From positions 1 through 64,000 of the forward strand of contig JAQGDQ010000812.1 of the NCBI GenBank assembly GCA_030141605.1: a DNA stretch of 64,000 nucleotides, given 5' to 3'. Both the position numbers and the translations under genes were made by a program. Positions 1 to 35,000 of the stretch are shown piece after piece. Numbering within the stretch: the first letter of the stretch is position 1; each line of letters starts with the position of its first letter. The notes under the pieces were generated by a model. That model did no database searches. It was given only the letters and a program-made list of their open reading frames with translations, and had not been told where the DNA came from. This DNA is from Tubiluchus corallicola (lineage: Eukaryota > Animalia > Priapulida).

Positions 1-2766
1 TTTCGAAAATAAAAAAGTTCTTATAATGGGCGATTTCAACCTTGATATTTTAGCTACAAACACACTGGCATACAAAACATACACAGAGCTTTTAAAACAA
101 TATAATGTCCACATACTTAACAACAATAAACCTACTCGAATTTCTAAAACATCAGCCACAGTAATCGACCATTTCATTTCGAATAGTAACAATAATTTCG
201 TAGCATATGATACTTTCCCGTGTGATTATTCAGATCATCATTTCACAATATTAGTAGATAAATGACCCCACAGCATAATAATAACCAAAATTCAGTCTGG
301 CATTTAATGAGAGACTACGCCCAATACAACAAACATTCATACTTAATCGACTTAGCAAAAATGAACTGGACCTCCATATATATGACTGATAAAATAGATA
401 CACAAGTTAATATTCTGACATATAATGTCGAATATTGCCTTAATGTACATGCACCATATAAAAACGTAAAGCAAATCCCACAACAAAGCAATCTCAATAA
501 CGAAAGTACCTGGACAACACCTGAACTTGACAAACTAAGAATAGCGAAAAACAGAATGTATAATATATGGGAAAAGAACAAAACTAAAAACAATCATAAC
601 AATTATAAAAAAAAGAGAAATCAATTTAATAATCTTAATAAATGCTTGAAAAATAAACATATACAACAACAATGTAAAAACGCAACAAATACCAAAGAAA
701 AATGGAAAATTATTAACAATGTCATAAATAAATGCCGTAACAAACTAACGCGTGTTGACGAAATTAAGATCAACAACACTGTTATTACAAAACCCAAAGA
801 TATTGCCAACGCGCTAAATGCAATATTCCTGAATCTTGGAAATTTTAAGGGAGTGGCTTCTCATATTAGCAATAATATAATTAATAAATTAAAAAACAAA
901 TCGTCTAACACAGTATTCTCATTCAAAAGCGTCACAGTAGGAGAAATTAACGACATATTAAATAACCTAAGTTCCAACAAAGGGAGTGGACCATCAGATA
1001 TTCCTATCAAAATTCTAAAAGATAGCGCATCTGTAATAGCCCCGCATATGACTTACATTGCTAATCAGATAATTATGAGAGGCGAATTTCCAACGGTATG
1101 TAAAATGGCAAACGTGACTCCAATCCATAAAAAAGATCCAAAATGTGATCCCATGAATTATCGCCCAATTTCCGTAATCCATTGTTTCGGCAAAGTTTGG
1201 GAAAGGGTAATTTATGATCAGATAAATTCATATGTAAATAAACATGAACTTTTATCAAAACATCAGTTTGGCTTCCGTAAACACCATTCAACCATTGACG
1301 CCCTAATACACACAACAGAAAATTGGAGACATAGTTTAGACAACAAGCAATACATTTTAGCAGCATTTTTGGATTTAAGTAAAGCTTTCGATAGCATTAA
1401 TCACGAACTACTTTACGATAATTTAAAACAAATCGGATTAGATTCGATATCGTTAAAACTGATACAAAATTATCTCAAAGATAGACAACAACGAGTAAAG
1501 TTAGATACAACCAACTTTTCTGACTGGGCCACGTTAAACAGAGGTATACCGCAAGGAACACTACTAGGTCCGTTATTATTTTGCCTATATATAAACAACA
1601 TATCCAGTGTATTAAAACACTCACAAATAACGCAATACGCTGATGACACTACAATCTACATAGCCTATGAAAATGTCCAAACTGCAAAAAATTATTTAGA
1701 AGAAGATATAAAAAATATAAATATGGCATTTAGTCATTACAAGCTAAAAATGAATAATGACAAAACAGAATTCATGATACTGTCACCCTCATTAAATACT
1801 AATGATGCATCATCAACCACTTTGACAATAGATAATGCTGTAATCAAAAAAAACTAACAATGTTAAATTCCTGGGCATACAAGTAGACAATAATCTTTCA
1901 TGGGATGATCACTTTAATAACATATACACAAAAATGGCATCTAGCACATCATATCTCCGACAAGTTAAAGGGCAACTAACAAAGGAAACTAAAACACTAA
2001 TATATAAAACTTTAGTTCTACCACACTTCTTATATGGATGTACGCTACTTCAAAAAACCAAAAGAGAAAATTACTTAAAATTAAATCTCCTTCAAAACTA
2101 TGCATTGAGATTGATAGCTGGGTACTCATACAAACACAAGGCAGGTAGACAAAAATTCAAGCTTCAACAACTAACCTGAGAAAAACTTTAAAATTCCCAA
2201 TCATTGAAGCACACAAAGAATATTTTACTCTGCTTTTTATATTTAAATACATTAACAACATCAGCAAACCATTCCAGAATAACAGATTTACCTTTTTTCC
2301 AAATCCTATCGTTAATTCCAGAACATTCAATCTAAAACAAATTAGGACAAATACCCACTATGGAACGAACTCTGTAATCAAACAAGCAATTTTACTTTGG
2401 AATTCTCTACCATTACAGGTTAAACAAATCAAGTCCCTATCGGCATTTAAAACAAAATTAAAATCACTAATATTAACCAGATATGAAATACCATCACAGA
2501 CAACATACACACTAATTCAGAATTCATATACCCACGGCCATATTAATTAAATCATAGTTTTTTTTTATATTTTTTTGTGTATAGTTGTAAATATGTTTGA
2601 TTTTATTCGTCATTACTGCACAGTAGTTTAGATTGCACTGACGCATTTGCCTTCAGCAGTGTAAGTTTTTATTAACTAACACTGATTGATTATCTCTATA
2701 AAGTTTTTATCAGTGATTATCAATGTTTTTAATGGCAAATAAAGATTATTATATATATATATATAT
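1..2766 (+). mobile_element. CR1/L2-clade non-LTR retrotransposon (LINE), cut at its 5' side by the window edge; ORF2 endonuclease C-terminus + reverse transcriptase + 3' UTR + (TA)n tail
   Basis: APE motifs GDFN, PTR, IDH, SDH (26-265); RT motifs YRPIS, QFGFR, FLDLSKAFD, GIPQGTLLGPLLF, YADD (262-1857), then VKFLG and C-terminal WNSLP..FKTKLK in shifted frames ending TAA 2548-2550. Three 1-nt frameshifts (~262, ~1850, ~2177). AATAAA at 2737 followed by (TA)n. Confidence 0.95.
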
Positions 2767-2835
2767 TAATCAATGTGTTTTAACTGGATACTTGCTTAAT
2801 GTGGGATTTTGTTAATACTGTTCTAGGTGGGCATA

Positions 2836-24807
<21,972 letters not shown>

Positions 24808-27800
24808 CAATCATTTAATGCCGAATGGCGTATTCGCATGACATTGTCAATCTAATGCTACTGTGTGAAGTCCAAATATAAATGGAGAGACATTTCGGGC
24901 ATGAGTGTTACGGACTTCTAGCAATTCCTGATTTCGTATGGACTTGTAGCTATGCAATTATAGCACCAATGTATCATAATAATCGCCAACATGTGCCAAG
25001 TATAATTGTAATGATGTAAAACACCCTGCCATTTGGCATTAATTTTGAATGTTGGAAGTTATCGAATTGTTAAAAGCAGTGACGGGTAGTCATAGTGACT
25101 AGTCATTATGAAAAGTCTGAAAACCAAAGAAAGCAGCATGATTATATAAATCACTGTATGTTTGGCATATGATTATAGTATAATAATCCATTTCTGTCTA
25201 GAAAGTTTACGTAAGCATAATCAGTGTATCATCACATTACTGATCTTGTGAATATGTATATAGAACTAAGGCCTAACATTAATTGATTGTACAGTTTATA
25301 AGTTATTTTGATACATTTGTATGTTGTTACAAGCGTCGAGTTTAGCTTGTTGGTATGTGTGAATAATTTCGTGCTAGGCCAACTGGTGGTCAAGTATTTA
25401 ATCAAGCATAACCCTAATTGAATGTTTTATTCTTATTGTGTTAACATTTTATCCTTATTTATTTTTATAGAATACGTCCTCCAGCTGTATCATTTAGTGA
25501 TTTTACTAGGTTGTATATGTACAGAAACTAATAATAACTTAATAAGAACAATTTTGTTGGCATATGCTTTGAAGAAGTCAATTTTAGTATGTTTTATGTT
25601 GCAAAAAAAAGAAAAATCTAGAAAGTGGTTTTAATTTTGGGTTAGTGATTCTTGCACTGAGACTTCTGACCTCTTACTAGGTTCATACTCATTGACACAT
25701 TTGCAAACATTTGCTCATTGACAATAGAACGATGAGTACTCATGTTTGAAATAAGGGAATTATTTTGAAATAGTAGTTAATGTATGTGAGTACACTTGGT
25801 TTAACAGTGCATTTTATCTGTTTAAAAATATTAAGCTGTTTTTATAATTCTAGTTTTCTCTTTATTGTAATAGCCAATTTACTAGTCTGATCTAGTACGT
25901 CTAGTTGATCATAATTATTACTGTGTTGTTAATATAAAGTCTAACAAGCTGCATTTGCACGTGTCCAAAAACTGTCATTTGAAAACAGATTTTCTTGTAG
26001 ATAAATAAAATCTGACAAACATCGAGGGCAACTTATTGGTACTGCCATCTGTTTGGTGGCAGAATCTTTGGAACGTTGCCAAATCTTTAAAACTTTAGCG
26101 GCACTTTCATCATCGGAAATTTCCTTCAGAATTCGACCTCACATTTTTCAGTCGCGTTTTGCAACATATTTTCATTCAGATTTCATGAAACAGATTGTAC
26201 CAATCTCTATGGCACTCATATAAACAGCAATTTCTGTGATTTTCTGATGATTTTGCACTCATCATGTTTTAAGTATTTTACATTAAAACGTAAATAATGG
26301 CGCCCGTCCGTCATAAAACTTTATTATACTTATCTTAATTTACTAATATATTTGGTGTGTACTAACCAATGTGCTTATTCTATTCTTAGAGTCAATGGTG
26401 GTTATTTTTAGTTTTAATTTACTCATCTATTTTGTTTTCGTTCCTTTAATTCTTGACCTGCCACTACAACATGGAAAAGAATGCAGAAGCGGGTAAGAAT
26501 TTGCCAAAACTGTTTTTGGGCATTGTGGTTTTTTTGAACTTTCATACCAATCGTACCGTTTTGTTAGTTTCGAGTACATGTATTTTACTTGCACTTTTAA
26601 GGGGCATACACACGCACAATATAACTGTCAGTTAGCTTGTGTAATAATATTGAGCATCTGCACGTAGACGTCAGCTATATTTAAGGTTATGCAATATTAC
26701 TCTGATATGTGTATGTATCAAACAGAAATACATATTGTGTAATATAATTGTCAATTATATTTTGCACGTGTATGTTCCTTTAGTGTATTTTATTTTTGCC
26801 CTTCGAAAAGTTGTAATGTAATGTGATTTCCAGAATTTGTTTTTGATATTCTAAATTAATTACTTAATTTTATGTAACTCTTGCAAAAGTTATTAGATAA
26901 TGAATGTTGCGACTAATAAGGAAAGTAACTGTCTTATATAGGTGTTAAAGGTTGTGTTTGTTTGTTTACTTAGCATGCTTAACTACTTTATTTATTTGTA
27001 ATTATTAGCCTTAATATTGCTGTGCAATAAATTGTGATGAACTGTCAATTTGCTTGTAAAGTACTTCCCTGCTGTTTACAAAAGATATCCCTCGAGTTCT
27101 GAAACAAAAATAAAAAGTACATGTATAATGTGACTGGGCCTAATCTTTGACAAATTTTTTTATGTCAGTAAGAATGGAAACAGTTGAGTTGTTACTCAGA
27201 GTACTTGGCAACTGAAAATAAGCAGTGCCTAAGATGGTCTCTGAATGGATGTGTGACCATTCAACACTTGCTTGGGACAGTTTCTGTTGCAATTCTAGTT
27301 TTAGCTGTTTACCTTGTAGAAGAAGACTGGATTTACATCTGAACCTAACACATCTGAACATAAGAGACCCCAACTGGTTCCATTATAATAAGAGCTCTAG
27401 GTTCGGGTCTCCATCCACGCTCAATATTGAATATACGGGATTCCACTTGCAATGTGTCAAGCTTTGTTTAAAAAAGAATTGGTCTGTGTCATATGACATA
27501 GTTATATGTAACTAGGGCAATGATGAAGTTGTATAAAGATGATTATCAGTATGGAGGCTCATACATGATATGGCTTATGTACTAAGACAATTTGCATTAC
27601 AGGGGAATTGTAAGAGAGGCAGAGAAGTAAGTGGAGGAAGTAATAACTACATAGTAAGGAGAAATGAGGGGAAAATTTGTATTCCAGGTACACATTCGGT
27701 ATATATACTATAAAACCTCATTGTAATGCCTCCTCTTATAATGCCAATCTGGCGTAGCACCCAAATGTTTGGTGAAACAGTTGTCTACATTTGCATGGAC

Positions 27801-28294
27801 ATGCATGCGTGCTTTTCGTTATGATGTCAAACTCGCTTAACACATCAGTATACTTTATTGTCTGTACTGCTGTATACACTTATATACAAAAATTTTATGA
27901 CGGGAGGGATTCATTTCATCAATAATGGGTGGATTGTTTTTTTTTTGAAAACTCAGATATTTTAGATAAAGATCAGGTGTCTAAAGGTGTTCATTTCACC
28001 GATAAAGGTGGCAGTGTAATTAGTAACCATCAACATTTGCATGAAATACAAAAAACTGCAACATATGAAACATTGTTTCAGTTTAGTATTAGTTTCAACA
28101 CAACACAGCTAAGAATAAGTTATTACAACATAAATGTACAGTGTTAACAAAATTGAGGGAAGCAAAGAAACATTTCTGGTTCTACGGCAAAAAGTGCAGA
28201 GCAATGTGAACTTAGTTACACAGATTTTCTACTACTCAGGCATTCCATGGTGGAACATATTTGATATTGCCCAGTTCTCAACACATACTCTAGT

Positions 28295-28312
28295 TATATA
28301 TGTATATGTATA

Positions 28313-28362
<50 letters not shown>
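28295..28362. repeat. (TA)n / (TATATG)n microsatellite
   Basis: Direct reading; accounts for the YVYVYIYIY tract in ORF 28134-28442. Confidence 0.95.
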
Positions 28363-28364
<2 letters not shown>

Positions 28365-29031
28365 ACAAATTATATTTTGCCCACCATAAACCTATTTACA
28401 GATAGTCCACAATCTTTATTTCAAGCATTTGTTGTCCACTAAACTTTGCAACGTATAGCAGATATATCATAATTACTTTACTTATAGCACAACATCAACA
28501 CTTTGTACACCAAGAAGATTAAATTTTCTATGATATTAGTTCCTTAGATTTCGTAATTATAAGTTAACCAGTTATTTGCAGCTATTTTTTTCTTTTTGAA
28601 AACAGGTACTCAGTGCACATGACAAACTTGAAGAGATGAATGCCTGCATAAATATTTTGCACTGGTATTTACAATTCTGGTTTGAGATTCTGAGGGGCCA
28701 TTATGCAAAATCTGTGTGAGCCTTAAGACTCTCGATTGCAACATCTTATAATCCAAACTACAGATATAAATGCCGGACATGTGCAAGAAAGAGACTGCTG
28801 ATCTGCATATCAGTCAATACTTTGCAAGTGTGTCTGATAACTACTTTTTTGCCAAACAACGTGGCACCTATTGTTTGCCTAACAACAGAATGCTGTTCTT
28901 GTTTAAGAACAATCGAACTCATTGTTTACTTCACCATTTGCGTAGGGCTAGTCTCTTTCTTATGCACGCACAGCAAATAAAATTATGTCCAAAGGTAACA
29001 ACTACAGTTTTCAAAGCCGATGAGAGGTTGT

Positions 29032-32000
29032 TCAGTTTGCCATCGTGGAATTCTCTCCTTCTCTGCTATCCTGGTTTTGGTTCACACTGGCCTTTTCTCC
29101 AAATTCTTCCAAACACAAATGACAACTCCAGCTACCTGAAATAAAACATCACAATAATTTAAGAAACAGTTACCATCAAAAAGTTATGAATTCATTCTAT
29201 TCTAAATATAATGTACGTAAAATTCGATACGAGTTCCAATACAAGCAAACTGAAAAGGTCTACTAATAAGTTTACTGTCGAGAATCTACAAAATTTCCGA
29301 CACATAGTTGAAAAAAATAATCGGAGATATTTTTTATAATAATAACTGGTGTTACAATAATGACTAACAAGAAAAGTAATGCACAAACATTATATGTTGA
29401 TACACATTCTAAGCAAGATACATGCAACAGAGCTTGAGATTAAACTGTTCTCTTTGCCCTAGTGATGACAGTTTTAAAAATGCATTGTATTCCAATTCTT
29501 TCTCTTTCTGAAAAGTTGTAGAAGCAGATAAGAGAACTCTTTCCAATGCCCTGCAAAATCTCTCATGCCTTAAGGAAACAAGGTAACAGATGAATGATAA
29601 CATACCGTAAGGAAACCAAAGTTAAGTAATGACGAGCTTGCTCAGCAAGCGGATGGATGAACATGCTATGTTGTCTCCGGTGCTATTTACCTTGTTAGGT
29701 AACAGATGAATGATAACATACCGTAAGGAAACCAAAGTTAAGTAATGATGAGCTTGCTCAGCAAGCGGATGGATGAACATGCTATGTTGCCTCCGGTGCT
29801 ATTTACCTTGTTGAGGAAAAAACTAGATGCATTTGAATATACAGTTATGACACCTCTGCCTGTTCAGTTTCTTACTTTCACCTCCAAACAGAGAATTATT
29901 ACGGAGCTAGATTCGGAAACTGCTACAAGCATCTGACCACTGACCTACCTTACAGTTTATCAAAATGGAACAGCAAATTTTGAAGAAATCGGGTAGAGTG
30001 GTTCAGAAGAATGGCATGTGGAAGTTCAGTGAACTTCCCACAGAAACTCAAAAGACCCGCAAAAGAACCGATCAGGCACCAAACTTAGTTTTAAGTATTA
30101 CCGGCTCGCCCTAGGTGTATTCCTGTGTGACTAAAACTGAAGCATTCTGTCCAAAAATAGCATATTTTTGTAAACGGTCCTGAGTCAAAAAGTAAAATCA
30201 TCATTGAAATGATGACCAACTGATCTATCCGACGTAATATGTATATATATATATATACATACATATAGATATAGTAATATATTATCGTATAACTATGGTA
30301 AGTTTTTCAGCGTTTTACAGCATATACGCATTACGCAGTGATATCACCAACAGTTAGCTGGTAAATACGAAAATAAATGCAAACTGAGCGAGGCGTAAAG
30401 CAAATACTTCAAACAACGGCCGAGTTTATTCATTTTAACCGCATGCGCAATTTTATAATGGGAATTTTCGTCTTTAGTTTGGATAGCACAGAATTGGTGT
30501 AAAGAGCTCCTCTACTCTGTCAGTATTTGAGTCTTTGTTTTTTTAAATATTGTGGAGCATCTGTATACGTAAGAATACAAAAAATGTTACAAATTATGCA
30601 TTAGAACAAAAATTCACCTAGTTAATTTTACTGAATATATTTAAAATATGACTTTTATACATAATTTTATTATAATTTGTATCTCCATGTCACTGAAGCA
30701 CTTTTGCAGCTAGTAACCTACTAACTGATGTTTGAAAAGTAAACTACACTAAATACCTGATAATATTTAAACTATTAGAAAAGCATTTTAACATGAAAGA
30801 ATAACTGTGTACGTTATGTGATTGAGAAATACTTGGGTTTTCTTAAAATTGCCGTGACTTTGTAACCATTTTTCATCTAATTTATAAACCAAAATTTGTA
30901 GTTTTAGAACACAGAACAAGAGTTTTCATTTGCTGTATTACACAAACATCCATGTGAAATTTTTTTGCCCTAACGGGCCAAATTTAGAGCCGTTCAATGT
31001 GCTTTTCCTATTGAATCCCAATGATTCCAGATTTTCGTGTTTGTTCATATTTTTAACTAAATAGTGAGAAGAAACTCCTGAGAATTTATAGACACGTAAA
31101 AAAAGGCTTGATTAAGTACTGCTTAAAACGTTTTTATTTTTATTCACAAACCTAATTTATAAAATTTTTGCACTTATTTGTCTGTTGCAGATTTCAGCAC
31201 ACATTTCAAAAATGGAAACCGACTATGAATCCAGAGAAGATAGCAAACATAAAAAGCTATGCTCAACACAAAACCTCGTTATGTCAGAAAAATTTTGTGA
31301 TGTTAGAGAATGTGTTGTTGTGTTAGAAAAATTAGAAAGGCTTAAGTCTGAAACAAAACAAGTGGAAAATGCCTCACAAAAAAAGCACATTACTAAAAAA
31401 CAACATGCTGATGCTGATAGCAAACAAAGAAAAATTGACAAACTCATCAAAGCACCACCTGTGAATAAAATTTGCACAGCATCAAAGAAAATGAGCACTT
31501 ACGAATGCCCCGAATGTGAGATAATATTATCAACATTACTGGAGCTCAGAGATCATCTTTCAGCTCATGTCAATGAAAAAGTTTGTGAGAAGACTGATGG
31601 TGGCAACGTGTCCACAGAGAACAATGAGACATGTCAGAGTGTAAATAGTGATTTAACTTTGCGTTGTGTCAATTGCAACAGATTTGTTGTTAATGTGACA
31701 CACTTGGAGAAGTCCAGTCAAAATATTATGAACTCAGTTTTACAACCATCTCTCAGTTGCGACCAGTGTGCACCGACTTCTTGCAGTTCACCGGTATTAG
31801 CAACGTATTCATCAAAAAACTACACTGCTAATTCATCAAGCAACAATACGAAGTTTGGTCAACTCAGTGATGTCGGGGTGTCAACACGTGTCGATCATTG
31901 TGGTGATAACTTTTTGCAAAATGCAGCACTGAAATCTCACATTGTTGGCAAGCATGCCGTGTCCACAAAAAAGGAAATGAATGCAATCCCTAATGAAGGG

Positions 32001-35000
32001 AAAGTTATTAAAAAAGAGTATGCAGTAGAAACAGCAGACTTGTTTATACATGCAAAGGAAAATAAGGAAGCTATCAAATCTTGCAGCTTAATGTTCAAAA
32101 GCCCTGATCACTTTCTTAGACATATTAAATCTAACGCTCATCAAACAGAAAAGAAAACAGTTCCCAGAAAGGCAAGCAATGAAAAACACAACGATGAAGA
32201 AACCACCTGTTTATCAAATGACCAAGAGTATGAAAGTGATACCTGCATTAAACAATATTCAGGTGCAAAAAGAGGTAGGCCTACAAAATGCAGAACTGTT
32301 TATTACTCGTGTGATGAATGTAGTATCAAAGTTCGTGGACCAAAAAGAAATTTGAGGCGTCACAAGAATAGAATACATAGAAAGGTAAGACCACATAAGT
32401 GTGACCAATGTCCAGCAAAGTTCTACTCCTCATCAGAGTTAGTTGTGCATTTAAGAAATCATACGGGTGAGAAGCCATACATTTGTCACCAATGTGGACG
32501 TGATTTCAAGTATTCTACCGGCTTAAAGGAACATGAACGACGAGCTCACACTGGGGAAAAGCCTTACAAGTGCCAGGAATGCAGCAAGGCATTTCACAGC
32601 GCAGCCATGTTACGCTACCATAAGCGAACTCATGATCCTGACAGTGTAAAGAAAATTCTCTGTGAGCTGTGCGGAAAATCATTTCCAACGGATCGCATCA
32701 AATCACACGTTTACCTAGTGCACTGTGAGGATGGGAAGCCACCTTTAAAGTATGAGTGCAACCAGTGTGATGCTAAGTTTCGTTATAAACACTGTCTGGC
32801 CTATCACTTGAACAGACATGCTGGTTCAAAACCTTTTAAGTGCGAATATTGCTCAGCTGAGTTCGCTAGTCCTGGAGGTAGGAATAATCACTACAAAAAA
32901 CATGAAGAGGATAAGAAATATAGATGCAATGAATGTGGAAAGACTTTTGGCTGGTTAAGCAATCTGAAATACCATATGCGCACACATTCAGCGGAAAAGA
33001 ACTACCAATGCCAGTACTGTGTTTCAAAATTTCGGTACAATAGTAATTTAAGAGACCATCTCAAAAGGATACATAACAAGATATTGAATTCAGCAACAAC
33101 ATTAGATGGCGAGCCAAGAAGAGGTGGAAGAGAAAAACAAAACTTTGGAGCACAGACGAAGGGTAAGAAAAAAACTGGAAAAACCACGATTTGTAAGAAT
33201 AACTTTGAGTGTGCTCAGGATCATGTTACTCACAGAAAAATGAGCAAATATGTGTTTGATCAATGTGATCAGAGTAACTCAGATTTACTGGCTGAATCTA
33301 AAGAACAAATTACTCTACCCATGACTTTCCATCCACAAAGCAGCAAGTCAACGGTAACATTACGAAACAGCAGTGCATTAAATTTTCAACCAAATTCTGT
33401 TGTGCTATTTAATACAGTGCAGGGATATCCTAGCATTCAGCAAACTTCTTGGGTAACAACATTCTCAGCAACTGACTTCAACCATTCTTGAAGAATGGAT
33501 AGGTAACTAATACATTCAGGTTTTATTGGGTCAAGTGAAAATTAATTAGTAAAAAATGGCGGCATTAAAATTAAAAAGAAAAGTCCATTAATTTATAGAG
33601 GGTAAAAGTAAAAATTAATTAGACTGACCCAGTAAGATGAATGTTGACCCTATTAGATTGAGAAGATGAAACCTATGTATGAAACAACAAAATTCATAAG
33701 CTTTTTAGGTGTGTTATTTTTAAAAAAATTTTAATATCAGATACATTAAATAATATCTTGTACATTACACTTGCATCTGTTAATTTATTTGTCTGTTAAT
33801 CGACTGTGTGTAAATCATTCCTTATGAATTTTGGATTTTTGCAGTCATTGTCTGCTAATTTGCTGTGTCACTTTCAGCACTATTTGTTACTGTCTAATAT
33901 TACATTTATTTATGAATGCTATATTACATCTAAATGTATTTATAAATACTATATTACATGTGTTTATGAATGCTATTAATCTTTCACCTGCAAACAAAAT
34001 TCGACTCCCCCCATTTCGCACAGCTGTCCTTTTAACTCTACAAATTGAAGTTTCTTTTTATTCAGTTACTCTCCAAGCTCCCAGCACTCGAGGGCAGTAT
34101 GATGGCAGATGAAAGCATTCGGATACATTTTCCCAGCGGTCATTAACCATTTACTTAACCAAGCTCAACACTGCTTAACTTATGCAGTTAAAACTCATCG
34201 TGATCAATTGGCTATATCCTTCGCTCAGTTCAAATTTCTTGTTAACTGTTGTCAAAACCTCTGTTCCTAAGGCTTCTATACATAGAATACAGTTACGTAA
34301 ATACGGTCCATTAGCACATAAGCTGTACCAACTGTTTCAAACAGAGAGCGTTTTAAGCAGAGTTCGATGAATTGTACTCAGATTGCCAGGTTGACTATAG
34401 CGATTATAGCGAAGCTATAAAATTCATGTAAGAAATAGTAATATGTAAGGCCTATGCAGTAAGACAAGCACAAAATGAATAAAAAATGTAAGCCTTAAAT
34501 CTGGTGTCTTAAATTTGAAGATAAAACTATGACATATTTGTGTTTTTTCTTTTTTATACGCTTTAACTAGTGATTTATGATAATTCAAATTGGGCCCCGC
34601 GCACATGCTCGAGACGAGAACGCTGTGATGAATTAACGAGCATCCAATGTGCACGAAGTTTCTTGATACTGTGAATGCAGTGAAACCATTCAGACTGACA
34701 TCGTATATGTATGTTTCGATGTTTTTTACTGATCGTTTGTTTACTTGTTTTGTAATTTCATTTTATTCCACTGCAAAATATATTATAAATAACTGGAATT
34801 TAGCACACTTATGAGGGCCTGCATCTGTTCTTGCTCCTGAGCTAATGTATTCTGAGGTCCGGAAAACGAAAGAACCCAAGGAAATTGCTACTCTTATTAC
34901 AATTCAACAGCATAGTAGATTCTCTTAATTCAGCAACTTTGACACAAAGCTGCTCGTCATGTCATGAGAATGCTCACAATGCATGAGAATACGGAAAGAA

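Noticed and set aside
28134-29144. ORFs of 102 and 124 aa on +
   Set aside because: One runs through a (TA)n tract; the other is antisense to the DPF2 last exon and 3' UTR.
29581-29812. CRISPR-like or true 5S rDNA array
   Set aside because: Only two contiguous copies with no spacers, and the 5' half is not 5S; reported as a 5S-derived repeat instead.
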